This document shows positions 9,978-21,065 of a DNA stretch of 64,000 nt, in pieces. A model generated the notes under the pieces. That model saw only the letters and a program-made list of their open reading frames with translations, did not search any database and had not been told where the DNA came from. The DNA is taken from the NCBI GenBank assembly GCA_964397465.1, contig CAYNIC010000002.1, positions 52,162-116,161 of the forward strand, in the 5' to 3' direction. Made by a program: the position numbers and the translations under genes. The stretch comes from an uncultured Rhodospirillales bacterium. Its GTDB lineage: Bacteria > Pseudomonadota > Alphaproteobacteria > JAWKYA01. Numbering within the stretch: position 1 is the first letter of the stretch; each line of letters begins with the position of its first letter.

Positions 9978-11060
9978 ATGACGAATACGGCATTGCGCCT
10001 AGTGGAGAAAAACCAAATGGATAAACAAAAAGCCTTGGATGCGGCTCTCGGTCAGATCGAGCGATCCTTCGGTAAAGGCTCGATCATGAAGCTCGGCCAG
10101 CAAGAGGCGACCGAGCATGAGGCCATTTCCACAGGATCGCTGAGCCTGGACATCGCCCTAGGAATCGGCGGGTTGCCGAAAGGCCGGGTGATTGAAATTT
10201 ACGGCCCTGAATCCTCGGGTAAAACCACCTTGGCTTTGCATGTTGTTGCCGAAGCGCAGAAAAGCGGCGGGACCTGCGCCTTTATCGATGCCGAGCATGC
10301 GCTGGATCCCATTTATGCCGGCAAGCTGGGGGTTGATGTTGGGAACCTTTTGATTTCGCAGCCTGATGCAGGCGAGCAGGCGTTGGAAATCGCCGATACC
10401 TTGGTGCGGTCCGGTGCCGTCGACGTTCTGATCGTTGACTCGGTTGCGGCGCTGGTGCCGCGCGCGGAACTTGAAGGCGAAATGGGCGATAGTCATGTCG
10501 GTCTTCATGCGCGGCTGATGAGTCAGGCGCTTCGGAAGCTGACCTCGTCGATTTCCCGGTCGAACACCCTGGTTATTTTCATCAATCAAATTCGCATGAA
10601 AATCGGCGTGATGTTCGGCAGCCCCGAAACTACGACCGGCGGCAATGCGCTGAAGTTTTATGCCTCGGTTCGTTTGGATATTCGCCGGATCGGTCAAATC
10701 AAAGACCGGGAAAATGTGGTGGGCAATCAGACCAAGGTGAAGGTTGTCAAAAACAAAATGGCGCCGCCGTTTAAGGTGGTTGAATTCGACATCATGTATG
10801 GCGAAGGCGTTTCCAAAACAGGCGAGCTTGTCGACTTGGGCGTTGCAGCCGGGGTCGTCGAAAAATCCGGCGCCTGGTTTTCCTTCGATGGCCAACGGAT
10901 TGGCCAGGGGCGGGAGAACGCCAAGACTTTCTTGAAAGCCAACCCGGAAATGGCGGCGACCATCGAACAAAAAATCCGCGCCAATGCCGGACTGGTCGCC
11001 GGCCGCATGATGATGTCTTCCGGTGACGGTGAAGGATCATCCAGCTCTGACGATGACTAA
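9978..11060 (+). CDS. recA: Recombinase RecA
   Basis: 360 aa with a GAGGAGGA RBS. Walker [10 protein letters not shown] and near-identical blocks throughout. Confidence 0.95.
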   Translation: MTNTALRLVEKNQMDKQKALDAALGQIERSFGKGSIMKLGQQEATEHEAISTGSLSLDIALGIGGLPKGRVIEIYGPESSGKTTLALHVVAEAQKSGGTCAFIDAEHALDPIYAGKLGVDVGNLLISQPDAGEQALEIADTLVRSGAVDVLIVDSVAALVPRAELEGEMGDSHVGLHARLMSQALRKLTSSISRSNTLVIFINQIRMKIGVMFGSPETTTGGNALKFYASVRLDIRRIGQIKDRENVVGNQTKVKVVKNKMAPPFKVVEFDIMYGEGVSKTGELVDLGVAAGVVEKSGAWFSFDGQRIGQGRENAKTFLKANPEMAATIEQKIRANAGLVAGRMMMSSGDGEGSSSSDDD

Positions 11061-11067
11061 GATTAAG

Positions 11068-11104
11068 CAGCTTTGCGAAGGCAGCAAGCCTTTCGCAAAG
11101 CTGC
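11068..11104 (+). terminator. Hairpin after recA
   Basis: GCAGCTTTGCGAAGG-cagcaag-CCTTTCGCAAAGCTGC, a 15-bp inverted repeat. There is no strong U-tract. Confidence 0.45.
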
Positions 11105-11384
11105 CGAAAATCTCTGAACGGTACCGGCTGTAACCCCTGCCTGGTAGCCCTCCTCAGAGAAAGGTCCGCCCTTGTTGCCCTTCCCCGTCCTCCGGGATCA
11201 AGCCGCAGCAGGGGCGGATTTCCTTGTAATTCCCGCTTTTTACCACATATATAAGCCTATGCCCGGGATGCGTAATTTGCGGCGCCTGCTTTTGGGCCGC
11301 TGGCGTCTGCGCGATAGACAGTCCGCAGGAGGGGCGGTACAACAAATTTCTTATGTTTTTGATTTGAGGTAACGGCAGGCGGTT

Positions 11385-14042
11385 ATGGCGAGCGGCAACG
11401 AGATCCGGTCAACCTTTATTGAATTTTTCCGCAAGAACGGTCACGAGGCCGTGGCCTCGAGCCCTCTTGTGCCGCGGAATGATCCGTCGCTGCTCTTCAC
11501 CAATTCCGGCATGGTGCAGTTCAAGAATGTCTTCACCGGCACCGAACAGCGTCCCTATCGGCGCGCGACCACGGCGCAGAAATGTGTCCGCGCCGGTGGA
11601 AAGCACAATGACTTGGAGAACGTGGGTTACACCGCCCGCCATCATACATTCTTTGAAATGCTGGGGAATTTCTCGTTCGGCGATTATTTCAAACCGGATG
11701 CGATCGAGTTTGCGTGGAGTCTCGTCACTCAGGACTACGGCCTTCCAAAATCGAAACTATGGGTGACGGTTTATAGTGAAGACGAAGAAGCCGCCGGGTT
11801 GTGGAAAAAGATCGCCGGCCTTGGGGACGATCGCATCATCCGGATTTCCACCTCCGACAATTTCTGGCAGATGGGGGATACGGGTCCCTGCGGTCCCTGT
11901 TCGGAAATTTTCTACGACCATGGTGACAAGATTCCCGGGGGTCCTCCGGGGAGTGCGGATGCCGACGGCGACCGCTTCATCGAGATCTGGAATTTGGTGT
12001 TCATGCAATATGAGCAACAGCCGGGCGGCAAACGGATTAGTTTGCCACGGCCGTCGATTGACACCGGCATGGGGCTCGAGCGGATCGCCGCCATCCTGCA
12101 GGGCAAGCACGATAATTATGATACCGATTTACTGCGCTCATTGATTGAGTCATCGGCCGAGCTGACCCGGCAGCATGCCGATGGATCTCATGCGGTCTCG
12201 CACCGGGTGATTGCCGATCATCTTCGCTCCAGTGCGTTTTTGATTGCCGATGGGGTATTGCCGTCGAACGAGGGGCGGGGATATGTCTTGCGCCGCATTA
12301 TGCGTCGCGGGATGCGCCATGCCCATAAGCTTGGAAGCTCTGAGCCGTTAATGTGGCGTTTGGTGCCGAGTCTGGTTCGCATGATGGGTGCCGCCTATCC
12401 GGAGCTGATCCGTGCCGAGGCTTTAATAACCGAGACATTGAAATTGGAGGAAACTCGGTTCCGGCAAACCTTGGAACGTGGGTTAAAATTGCTGGATGAG
12501 GAACTGACCCGTCTGCCTAAGGACAAGGCCTTGGCCGGTGATGTGGCGTTCCGGCTTTATGATACCTACGGTTTTCCCTTGGATTTAACCCAAGACATTC
12601 TCCGCGGACAAAGTCGTGCGGTTGATGTCGCCGGATTTGATGCGGCAATGGCCAAACAGCGTGCCGAGGCGCGGAAGGCCTGGGCCGGTTCGGGCGAGAC
12701 GGCGACGGAAAGTCTGTGGTTCAATCTACGCGAAAAACATGGAGCGACCGAGTTTCTGGGTTATGGAGAGATCGCTGCCGAGGGGAATGTCCTTGCTGTT
12801 ATCAAAGACGGCAAGGAAGTCGCTTCAGCCGGTGCGGGCGATCAGGTGGCGATTATCGTCAACCAGACACCCTTCTACGGCGAGTCCGGTGGACAACAAG
12901 GCGATCAAGGCAGCTTCTTTGCGCCCGGCGGTCTGGAGGTCGCCATCGAAGATACCCAGAAAAAACTGGGTGATCTTTTCATTCACATGGGCAAGGTGGT
13001 TCATGGAACGCTGAAGGCCGGCATGGCGGTAAACATGCGAATCGATGCCGAGCGCAGGGCCGGCTTGCGCGCCCATCATTCGGTTACCCATCTTCTGCAT
13101 GAAGCTTTGCGCCGCCGTCTGGGCGATCACGTGACGCAAAAAGGTTCGCTGGTCGCCGCCGATAGATTGCGGTTCGATTTTTCTCAAGTACGTCCGCTAA
13201 CGGCAGAAGATATTGCTGCCGTTGAGGCGGATGTGAATGCGCGCATTCTTCTAAATGCCGACGTCACCACCCGGCTGATGACACCGGAGGCGGCGGTTGC
13301 CGCCGGCGCTTTGGCGTTGTTCGGCGAGAAGTATGGCGACGAGGTGCGGGTTGTTTCCATGGGCGGCGCTCATGAAAAAAAGAACAATGCTTTTTATTCG
13401 ACCGAACTATGCGGGGGAACTCATGTGACCCGCACCGGCGACATCGGTCTATTCCGCATCATATCGGAAGAAGGCCTTGCTGCCGGGGTGCGCCGAATCG
13501 AAGCGGTGGCAGGGAAGGCAGCGATCGAGTGGACCAAGACGCAGTCCGCCTTGCTGGCCGAGGTGGCGGCAATCATTAAGGCCTCGCCTCAAGACGTGCC
13601 TAGCCGCATCACCGCCTTGCTCGACGAGCGAAAAAAACTGGAGCGGGATCTGGCCGACCTTCGGCGCAAGCTGGCAACCGGCGGCGGTGGAAATGGTGCT
13701 GCCCCGGAAATCCGCACCATCGGCAAGATCAAATATATCGGCCGCGCCTTATCGGAAGTCCCGCCGCGCGAACTAAAGGCGATGGCGGATGACCTCAAGC
13801 GTAAGCTGGGCAGCGGCGGGGTTGTCGCTCTGGCCACCACCACCGAAGGCAAGGCGTCGCTGGTTGTCGGGGTTACCGACGATCTCACGCCCGGCGTCAG
13901 TGCGGTCGAACTCGTCCGGGTCGGCGCCGAGACCTTGGGCGGCAAGGGCGGCGGCGGACGCCCCGATATGGCGCAAGCCGGCGGTCCCAATGTCGCTAAG
14001 ATTGATGCGGCCCTTGAAGCAATCGCCGGCGCTTTGAATTAG
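11385..14042 (+). CDS. alaS: Alanine--tRNA ligase
   Basis: 885 aa. N-terminal class II aaRS motifs ([21 protein letters not shown]), editing domain, and a C-terminal DHHA1-like region. Confidence 0.95.
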   Translation: MASGNEIRSTFIEFFRKNGHEAVASSPLVPRNDPSLLFTNSGMVQFKNVFTGTEQRPYRRATTAQKCVRAGGKHNDLENVGYTARHHTFFEMLGNFSFGDYFKPDAIEFAWSLVTQDYGLPKSKLWVTVYSEDEEAAGLWKKIAGLGDDRIIRISTSDNFWQMGDTGPCGPCSEIFYDHGDKIPGGPPGSADADGDRFIEIWNLVFMQYEQQPGGKRISLPRPSIDTGMGLERIAAILQGKHDNYDTDLLRSLIESSAELTRQHADGSHAVSHRVIADHLRSSAFLIADGVLPSNEGRGYVLRRIMRRGMRHAHKLGSSEPLMWRLVPSLVRMMGAAYPELIRAEALITETLKLEETRFRQTLERGLKLLDEELTRLPKDKALAGDVAFRLYDTYGFPLDLTQDILRGQSRAVDVAGFDAAMAKQRAEARKAWAGSGETATESLWFNLREKHGATEFLGYGEIAAEGNVLAVIKDGKEVASAGAGDQVAIIVNQTPFYGESGGQQGDQGSFFAPGGLEVAIEDTQKKLGDLFIHMGKVVHGTLKAGMAVNMRIDAERRAGLRAHHSVTHLLHEALRRRLGDHVTQKGSLVAADRLRFDFSQVRPLTAEDIAAVEADVNARILLNADVTTRLMTPEAAVAAGALALFGEKYGDEVRVVSMGGAHEKKNNAFYSTELCGGTHVTRTGDIGLFRIISEEGLAAGVRRIEAVAGKAAIEWTKTQSALLAEVAAIIKASPQDVPSRITALLDERKKLERDLADLRRKLATGGGGNGAAPEIRTIGKIKYIGRALSEVPPRELKAMADDLKRKLGSGGVVALATTTEGKASLVVGVTDDLTPGVSAVELVRVGAETLGGKGGGGRPDMAQAGGPNVAKIDAALEAIAGALN

Positions 14043-14051
14043 CAAGGACGG

Positions 14052-15344
14052 TTAATCCGCAAACGGATCGTGCACCAAAATGGTATCGGCCCGTTCGGGA
14101 CTGGTGGAGAGCAGCGCGACGGGCGCACCAATCAATTCTTCAACCCGGCGCACGTATTTAATTGCCGTCGCTGGAAGATCCGCCCAGGATCGCGCACCTT
14201 GGGTGGTTTCTTGCCAGCCCTCGATGGTTTCATAAATGGGTTTCAACTGCGCTTGCTCGTCGATCCCCGCCGGCAGGCGATCCAGTTTCTTTCCGTCGAG
14301 ATCGTAGCCGACGCAGATCTTGATTTCATCCAGACCGTCCAGCACATCAAGTTTGGTTAAGGCGATGCCGTTGATTCCCCCGACCGTAATGGCTTGGCGC
14401 ACCAGAACCGCATCGAACCAGCCGCAGCGGCGTTTGCGTCCGGTCACGACGCCGAACTCGCGACCGCGGGCGCCCAAGCGTTCGCCGATATCATCGGTTA
14501 GCTCGGTCGGAAAGGGGCCCGAACCAACCCGTGTCGTGTAAGCCTTCGTAATACCCAGCACATAACCGATACGCCCCGGTCCAATGCCCGAGCCGGCCGC
14601 GGCTTGGCCGGCAACGGTGTTGGACGAGGTTACGAAAGGGTAGGTGCCGTGGTCAACGTCCAGCAAGGTTCCTTGCGCGCCTTCGAATAGTATGCGTTTC
14701 CCTTGGTGGCGCGCTTCATCCAAGCGTTTCCATACGCAGTCCATAAACGGAAGAAGGCGCGGCGCAATTTCTTGCAACGGCGCAAGAATGGACTCAAGGG
14801 TAAGTTCCTTTTCACCCAGGCCGCGACGCAACGCATTATGATGCGCCAATAAACCTTCGACCCGTTGGCGGAGAACCTTGGGTTGGGCCAGATCGATAAG
14901 ACGCACGGCGCGCCGCGCCACCTTATCTTCATAGGCAGGCCCGATGCCGCGACCGGTCGTGCCGATTTTTCCGGCACCTTGCGCCTGTTCTCGTGCGCGA
15001 TCTAACTCCGGGTGAAGCGGTAAGATAAGGGCTACATTCTCGGCAACGCGCAATTGATCTGGGGTAATCTTGATGCCTTGTTTGGCGATCCCATCAATTT
15101 CCGCCAGCAACGCCCACGGGTCAACCACGACGCCGTTACCGATCAGGGACAGCTTGCCGCCGCGCACCACACCGGAGGGCAACAAACTTAGTTTATAGGT
15201 GACACCATCAATGACCAGAGTGTGGCCGGCATTATGACCGCCTTGGAACCGAACCACCACATCGGCGCGTTCCGATAGCCAGTCGACAAACTTTCCCTTG
15301 CCCTCGTCGCCCCACTGCGAGCCGATCACCGCCACATTGGCCAT
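14052..15344 (-). CDS. purA: Adenylosuccinate synthase
   Basis: 430 aa with [12 protein letters not shown]-loop at the N-terminus and a GNGVVVDP motif. Confidence 0.95.
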   Translation of the reverse strand: MANVAVIGSQWGDEGKGKFVDWLSERADVVVRFQGGHNAGHTLVIDGVTYKLSLLPSGVVRGGKLSLIGNGVVVDPWALLAEIDGIAKQGIKITPDQLRVAENVALILPLHPELDRAREQAQGAGKIGTTGRGIGPAYEDKVARRAVRLIDLAQPKVLRQRVEGLLAHHNALRRGLGEKELTLESILAPLQEIAPRLLPFMDCVWKRLDEARHQGKRILFEGAQGTLLDVDHGTYPFVTSSNTVAGQAAAGSGIGPGRIGYVLGITKAYTTRVGSGPFPTELTDDIGERLGARGREFGVVTGRKRRCGWFDAVLVRQAITVGGINGIALTKLDVLDGLDEIKICVGYDLDGKKLDRLPAGIDEQAQLKPIYETIEGWQETTQGARSWADLPATAIKYVRRVEELIGAPVALLSTSPERADTILVHDPFAD

Positions 15345-15362
15345 AAAATCTTTCCTTCTGGA

Positions 15363-16529
15363 TTAAAGAGGCGTTGGTTTATCGCCCGACAGAATATGGG
15401 TGCAGCCAAGGCGTCGCGCTTCTGCTGTGCTATCCTTGGTTTTCGTCAATCCCATCACCGTTATCCAGCCTTCTTTATGCAAGGCCGCTCTGCGGGCGGG
15501 ATCAGTATCAAGAGGAAGAAAAAGACGTTGTGTCGGCACCGGTGCGGGAAGGGCTCGTAAGATTGAATCCATATATAAGGTGACTCCGCAAGCAGGCTCT
15601 CCTGCGGATTCTTCGGCAATGGAAATAAGATAATCGCCGCCCCGTCCCAGCTCGCCCCGTACGCCGCGCGCGAACAGGGTAAAGGCGATGCCTTGTTCAT
15701 AAGAGAAGCCCCGGCGCTCGACATAATCGACTGTCAAAGTGAGATTGGGCAAAGCGGCCGAAACTTGACGGATGACGTCCTTCAGACGTTGCGCGATAGC
15801 CCGGGCCTGGGCGGGTAACGAAATTTTGTCTAAGGCGGCCAAGGCAGAGGTTACAGGGCCGCAAGCACCGATCAATGCCGCAAGGGTTTTACCATCAGCG
15901 CCGCCAAGCTTGGTGACGGCGTCGATGTCGCGACGATCAAGCGCTTGATACAGGTCGTAGGAAATCTCAGGCCCTTTATTGAGAATAAGTGGCACAAGTC
16001 CGGGCAAGGCGATATCGACGGAAAGACCGGCGACCTTGAGATGCTGCAGAGCCTCGGCTGCCAAGATAATGACCTCGGCATCGGCGGTCGCCGCGTCGAT
16101 GCCGATCAGCTCGGCGCCGACTTGAGCGAACTGCCGTTCCGGCCGAAGCTGCGTGCCCTTAACCCGTAACACTTGGCCGGCGTAGGACAGGCGAAGCGGC
16201 CGGGAGATTTTAGCAAGACGCGTTGCGGCGATTCGGGCCACCTGAACCGTGATGTCGGCGCGAACCCCCATCATACGCTGAGAGACCGGGTCCATTAATC
16301 GAAAGGTTTGCGCCGCCATGGCGGCGCCGGTTCCGGCGAGAAGACCCGTTTCAAACTCAATCAAAGGCGGTTTTACCCGTTCATATCCATAGCTGCGAAA
16401 ACTCGCGACCAAGGTTTCAATCGCGGCGGCTTCCTGTTCCGCCATGGGTGGCAAAACATCGCCCAATCCCGCCGGAAGAAGAGCGGCGGCAGTCGTCGCA
16501 GAATCTGAGTCTTTGGATCTCTGCACCAT
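15363..16529 (-). CDS. hisZ: ATP phosphoribosyltransferase regulatory subunit HisZ (HisRS paralogue)
   Basis: 388 aa. N-terminal LLPAGLGDVLPP, a HisS-like class II core without an anticodon-binding domain, and a typical HisZ length. Confidence 0.75.
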   Translation of the reverse strand: MVQRSKDSDSATTAAALLPAGLGDVLPPMAEQEAAAIETLVASFRSYGYERVKPPLIEFETGLLAGTGAAMAAQTFRLMDPVSQRMMGVRADITVQVARIAATRLAKISRPLRLSYAGQVLRVKGTQLRPERQFAQVGAELIGIDAATADAEVIILAAEALQHLKVAGLSVDIALPGLVPLILNKGPEISYDLYQALDRRDIDAVTKLGGADGKTLAALIGACGPVTSALAALDKISLPAQARAIAQRLKDVIRQVSAALPNLTLTVDYVERRGFSYEQGIAFTLFARGVRGELGRGGDYLISIAEESAGEPACGVTLYMDSILRALPAPVPTQRLFLPLDTDPARRAALHKEGWITVMGLTKTKDSTAEARRLGCTHILSGDKPTPL

Positions 16530-18163
16530 TATTTAGGGTCGCTCGATTTGATCCCTGTGCGAGAGCGCGAGGGTTCGGGTTCAATTTTTACGGGCGGTTT
16601 ATAAGGTTGCGGCGCTGCAGTCGGCTTGTTCGAAGGTAAAGGGGTCCCGGGCCGATCGCTTGTCACGTCGCCCAAGGGTTTCGTCACTTTGGGAGCGGCA
16701 GGCGCAACATAGGCTTCGGGCGAGCGAATGATCGGGGTTCCCGGGGCCGGCGGCGGTGGCGTTTTAGGCAATCCATCTCCCACGGCGACGGTCAGCATCC
16801 CATTTGCCATGAAGGTGACGGCACCATGGCCCTCTTTGTCGTAAAGCGGGTACATTGGCCCGGTAAAAGGCGCAGGGAGAAGCTGCTTGCCAAGATCAAG
16901 AAAATCATCGCCCCACAAGGTGACAATGCGCAGGTTCCGACGATCAAAATCCGGGACCACAATGTCGGGCCGGCCGTCGCCGTTCATATCGACAACGGTG
17001 CCCAAGTCCGGCTCCTGGGTGCCGAAGACATGGTTGCTAAATCCATTGGCCGTGGCTATAGGCACCAAAGCCTCGTCCTGATATCTGAACAAAGTCAGAA
17101 TGCCCACCTCATGAGGCATCATGACCGCGACGACTTCCAATTTTTTGTCGCCGTCGAAATCGGCAAACCCAACCGGATTCATCCAGCGCATCGGCACGCC
17201 CACGGCGGCGCTTTGTGCCAATAACTCCAGCTTGCCGTCGCGCAACCCCAAAATGGCCAAGGCGGAGCCGTAGTCTATAAAAGAACGGACCACGATCACC
17301 TCGTCCCGCCCGTCGCCATCGATGTCGATCAGGCGCGGCATGACATCTTCTATGACCGCTTCGCGATGTTCAAGATAGGTAAAGATCTTGCCGTTACGAT
17401 CCCGTATCTCGACTCCATCCGCTTCAATCCGATCACCCAAGGCGCCGTGACGGTACTGTGCGGTGGGCTGAACCAGGTAGGCGGAGGCAATGTCTTTTTG
17501 TCCATAGGTCACGCGTGATCCTGAAAGAATGGTATATTCGGAAGTTACCGGCTTGGGCGACGGCGGCGACCGTTCTTCTTGAATAAGCTGGGGCGTTCCG
17601 TTGACAAGCTCTAATCGGAAGCTGCGACCTGTTCGGTCTTTGACCAAGGCGGTGCCATCACCTTTAGGCGATAATATATCTACCTGCCCCGGAGCGTTGA
17701 CGGTAATACCCGGAACGTTGACGGTAATGAAGCGGAGCTTACCCTGAGGGACGGTCGGCTTGGCGATCGGCGCCACCTCGCCGGCCACTGGTGCCGTACT
17801 TGCCGGTGCGGCAATGGCGGGTGAAGTTGGCGCTCCTGTCGGCCGCAACGGTGTTGCCGGTGATGCAGGGGTTGTGGTCGGCGTTGCCGGTGCTTCCGGC
17901 TTCGGCGGCGTGAGAACAACACCAGGTGCTGCGCCAGGTGTTGCTGGCCGCGAAGGTGTCGTTGCGGTTGGCGCTTCAGGTTTTGGCGGAGTTAAAACGG
18001 GCGCGGGAGAAGACGGAGAGGTTGCCGGCGGTGGAAAGGGTTTCGGCTCTGCTGAGGGCGCAGAGGATGAAGGTGGTGTCTGAGCAAAACTCATAGAGGT
18101 CAAGCTGACCGCGACGGCGATGGTGATTGCGGTTAAAAAGTATAAGGGGGATAAACGAACCAT
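16529..18163 (-). CDS. Secreted FG-GAP/beta-propeller repeat protein with Pro/Thr/Ala-rich tandem repeats
   Basis: A signal peptide, then a ~120 aa P/T/A-rich linker with VLTPPKPEAP repeats. Four DxDGDGxDE-type Ca-binding FG-GAP-like repeats follow (DIDGDGRDEVIV, FDGDKKLEV, MNGDGRPDIVV). The C-terminus is Pro-rich. Confidence 0.6.
   Translation of the reverse strand: MVRLSPLYFLTAITIAVAVSLTSMSFAQTPPSSSAPSAEPKPFPPPATSPSSPAPVLTPPKPEAPTATTPSRPATPGAAPGVVLTPPKPEAPATPTTTPASPATPLRPTGAPTSPAIAAPASTAPVAGEVAPIAKPTVPQGKLRFITVNVPGITVNAPGQVDILSPKGDGTALVKDRTGRSFRLELVNGTPQLIQEERSPPSPKPVTSEYTILSGSRVTYGQKDIASAYLVQPTAQYRHGALGDRIEADGVEIRDRNGKIFTYLEHREAVIEDVMPRLIDIDGDGRDEVIVVRSFIDYGSALAILGLRDGKLELLAQSAAVGVPMRWMNPVGFADFDGDKKLEVVAVMMPHEVGILTLFRYQDEALVPIATANGFSNHVFGTQEPDLGTVVDMNGDGRPDIVVPDFDRRNLRIVTLWGDDFLDLGKQLLPAPFTGPMYPLYDKEGHGAVTFMANGMLTVAVGDGLPKTPPPPAPGTPIIRSPEAYVAPAAPKVTKPLGDVTSDRPGTPLPSNKPTAAPQPYKPPVKIEPEPSRSRTGIKSSDPK
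17880..18000. repeat. In-frame tandem repeat of about 81 nt inside the FG-GAP gene
   Basis: GGTGCTTCCGGCTTCGGCGGCGTG and GGCGCTTCAGGTTTTGGCGGAGTT are repeated. They encode two copies of VLTPPKPEAP...TP on the minus strand. Confidence 0.5.
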
Positions 18164-19740
18164 CAGAATCGCAATGCCCGCGCTTGGCGAACACCGTTCA
18201 GCGCCTCGATCTGTGAGAGAAGATTTGCTGGGACCGCGTTATCCACGGCTAAAAGGGCGATCGCCGTCCCGCCCTCACGATCACGGCCAAGATGAAAAGT
18301 GGCGATATTCACCCCCGCATTACCTAGCAATGTACCTAAGGCGCCGATCATGCCCGGCTTGTCCGAATTGGTGATATACAGCATATGCGGCGACCATTCT
18401 GCTTCAACGGGAATTCCTTTAATTTCAACCATGCGCGGCTTGTCGCCGCCAAACAATGTTCCCGAGACCGATCTTTCGCCGCGATCTGTCGTGACAACGA
18501 GTTTGATCAGCGTCTGATAGTCGCCCGGCCGGTCGTGCGTCGTCTCGGTAATATCGATATTTCGTTCCCGGGCAATCACCGGGGCGTTAACCATGTTCAC
18601 GGATTCCAAGAGTGGCCCCAAGAGACCCTTCAAGGCAAGGCAAGTTAAAGGTCGTCGATTTAGTTTGCCGACATGTCCTTCATATTCAATGCGCACGGCC
18701 TTCAAGCCGTCGCCGGTCAGTTGCCCCGCAAAACTGCCTAAAAGCTCGGCCAATTTCATATAGGGCCGCAGCTTGGGAGCCTCCTCGGCGGTAACGGACG
18801 GCATATTCACCGCATTGGTGATGGCGCCATGCAGCAGAAAGTCGCTCATCTGCTCGGCAATTTGCAGCGCGACTTTTTCCTGGGCTTCAGTAGTAGATGC
18901 GCCCAAATGCGGTGTGGCGACGATCTTGTCCGATCCGAACAAAGGGTTGTCCTTGGCCGGCTCGACTTCAAACACATCCAGGGCGGCGCCCGCAACCTTG
19001 CCGCCGTCGATGGCCGCTTTAAGATCTTTTTCGACGACAAGTCCGCCCCGTGCGCAGTTGATGATGCGAACGCCGGTTTTCATCTTGGCAATGGCCTTGG
19101 CGTCGATCATGTTCCGGGTGGCGTCAGTCAAAGGCACATGCAGCGTGATAATGTCGGCGCGGTTATAGAGGGTATCAAGATCAACTTTTTCGATTCCCAG
19201 ATCGCGGGCGCGTTCTTCCGACAAAAATGGATCGTACGAAATGACCCGCATCCGGAGACCGATCGCCCGATCGGCGACAATGGCGCCGATATTGCCGCAG
19301 CCGATCAGGCCCAGGGTTTTTCCGGTCAATTCAACCCCCATGAACCGTGTCTTTTCCCATTTGCTGGCCTGGGTCGATGCATTGGCCGCAGGGATTTCCC
19401 GGGCCAGGGCAAACATCAAGGCCAAGGCGTGTTCGGCGGTCGTCACGGAATTTCCCGCCGGCGTATTCATAACAACCACGCCGCGGGCGGTCGCCGCTGG
19501 GACATCCACATTATCGACGCCGATGCCGGCACGGCCGACAACCTGAAGCTGAGGGGCGGCCTCGAAGATATCCTTGGTGACCTTGGTGGCCGAGCGAATC
19601 ACAAGGCCATCGACATGAGCCATTTTTTCCTTCAACGCGTCAGGCTTAAGACCTGTCGCGGTTTCCACGTCAATTCCCCTTGTGCGGAAAATAGCTTCGG
19701 CTTGTGGGCTAAGGCTGTCGGCGATAAGAACCTTCGGCAT
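18163..19740 (-). CDS. serA: D-3-phosphoglycerate dehydrogenase (with C-terminal ACT domain)
   Basis: 525 aa. NAD-binding GLIGCGNIG, a catalytic domain, and ASB/ACT regulatory C-terminal domains. Confidence 0.9.
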   Translation of the reverse strand: MPKVLIADSLSPQAEAIFRTRGIDVETATGLKPDALKEKMAHVDGLVIRSATKVTKDIFEAAPQLQVVGRAGIGVDNVDVPAATARGVVVMNTPAGNSVTTAEHALALMFALAREIPAANASTQASKWEKTRFMGVELTGKTLGLIGCGNIGAIVADRAIGLRMRVISYDPFLSEERARDLGIEKVDLDTLYNRADIITLHVPLTDATRNMIDAKAIAKMKTGVRIINCARGGLVVEKDLKAAIDGGKVAGAALDVFEVEPAKDNPLFGSDKIVATPHLGASTTEAQEKVALQIAEQMSDFLLHGAITNAVNMPSVTAEEAPKLRPYMKLAELLGSFAGQLTGDGLKAVRIEYEGHVGKLNRRPLTCLALKGLLGPLLESVNMVNAPVIARERNIDITETTHDRPGDYQTLIKLVVTTDRGERSVSGTLFGGDKPRMVEIKGIPVEAEWSPHMLYITNSDKPGMIGALGTLLGNAGVNIATFHLGRDREGGTAIALLAVDNAVPANLLSQIEALNGVRQARALRF

Positions 19741-19760
19741 GACCTATCTTTCAACGTCGG

Positions 19761-20921
19761 CTAAGCGGCGGCTTTATTACGAACGACTTCACCATAGGCC
19801 CACTCCAGCCATGGCATAAGGGCGGCAAGATCCGCCGCATCAACCGTCGCCCCGCACCAAATGCGCAAGCCTGCGGGGGCGTCACGGTAACTGGCAATAT
19901 CAAAGGCAATCTTTTCAGACTCAAGTTTCCCTACCAGATCTTTAACCGCCGCTTGTTGTCCTGCATCATCCAGAGACGTGAACCAAGGTGCGGTAATCTT
20001 GAGGCACACAGAAGTAGGAGAGCGCGTTTTTTCGTCGACGCTTAAAAAATCGATCCAGTCGGTTTTTTTGACCCAGGCATCGATCGTGTTAAAATTGGCG
20101 CTCGTGCGGGCGATCAATCCTTTGAGGCCGCCGATGGACTCAGCCCAGGCCAATCCATCCAAAGCATCGGCGACGCACAGCATCGAGGGCGTATTAATCG
20201 TCTCGCCGCTAAAAATTCCCTCGATTAATTTTCCGCCTTTTGTCAGCCGAAAGATCTTCGGGAGCGGCCACGCCGGTGAATAGGATTGCAGACGCTCGAC
20301 CGCTCGCGGTGAAAGGGCGATCATGCCGTGACCCGCTTCTCCTCCCAAAACTTTTTGCCAGGACCAAGTCACCACGTCGAGTTTATCCCACGGCAAATCC
20401 ATGGCGAAAGCGGCCGAGGTCGCGTCGCAAATCGTTAATCCCTGACGATTTTTTTTGATCCAATTGCCATCAGGAATCCGCACACCGGAGGTCGTTCCAT
20501 TCCAGGTAAAAACAACGTCACGATCGGTGTCGACCTTGGTAAGGTCAGGCAAGTATCCGTAATCGGCTTGATGATTTCTGACATCGGCGAGTTTGAGTTG
20601 CTTCACCACATCGGTGACCCACTCGCCGCCAAAGCTGTCGAAGGCGACCATATCGATGCCGCGGCCGCCAAGAAGAGACCATAAGGCCATTTCGACCGCA
20701 CCGGTATCCGACGCCGGAACGATACCCAAACGGTAATCGGCGGGCATGTTCAGGATCATCTTTGATCGGATGATCACATCATTCAAGGCGGCTTTGCCGG
20801 ACTTAGCGCGGTGGGATCGTCCAAGTACGGCGCTCTTCAGAGAATCCAACGACCATCCCGGCCGCTTGGCGCAGGGACCGGAAGAGAAAAATGGACGGGC
20901 CGGACGAAGCTTCGGCAGCAT
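19761..20921 (-). CDS. serC: Phosphoserine aminotransferase
   Basis: 386 aa. N-terminal RPxxFSSGPC and a class V aminotransferase fold. It sits directly upstream of serA on the same strand. Confidence 0.85.
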   Translation of the reverse strand: MLPKLRPARPFFSSGPCAKRPGWSLDSLKSAVLGRSHRAKSGKAALNDVIIRSKMILNMPADYRLGIVPASDTGAVEMALWSLLGGRGIDMVAFDSFGGEWVTDVVKQLKLADVRNHQADYGYLPDLTKVDTDRDVVFTWNGTTSGVRIPDGNWIKKNRQGLTICDATSAAFAMDLPWDKLDVVTWSWQKVLGGEAGHGMIALSPRAVERLQSYSPAWPLPKIFRLTKGGKLIEGIFSGETINTPSMLCVADALDGLAWAESIGGLKGLIARTSANFNTIDAWVKKTDWIDFLSVDEKTRSPTSVCLKITAPWFTSLDDAGQQAAVKDLVGKLESEKIAFDIASYRDAPAGLRIWCGATVDAADLAALMPWLEWAYGEVVRNKAAA

Positions 20922-21065
20922 GGCAGGGCCTTTCGGGGCGCGGCGGGAAACACAGGACGCGGCGATCCTACGAGGCCTATTGCGCCTACGTCAACGAAAG
21001 CGGCGGTGGACAAATCGCCCTAGGTTTCCGGGAAAAAGCTCAAGCGAAACGCCTTTCCCCAAAGG

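Noticed and set aside
10158-10970. 270 aa ORF antisense to recA. Similar long antisense ORFs lie opposite serA (18829-19764), prfC (60041-60784), the SoeA-like gene (56638-57396, 55636-56136), the PPIase (61703-62191), the FG-GAP gene (17760-18083) and nrdJ (several).
   Set aside because: All lie fully inside well-supported conserved genes on the opposite strand. This is typical of high-GC genomes where the antisense frame lacks stops. None has a recognisable motif or RBS.
11154-11372. Two overlapping 63-66 aa ORFs in the recA-alaS spacer
   Set aside because: They lie on opposite strands with low-complexity sequence and no RBS, and the region is better explained as structured non-coding leader.
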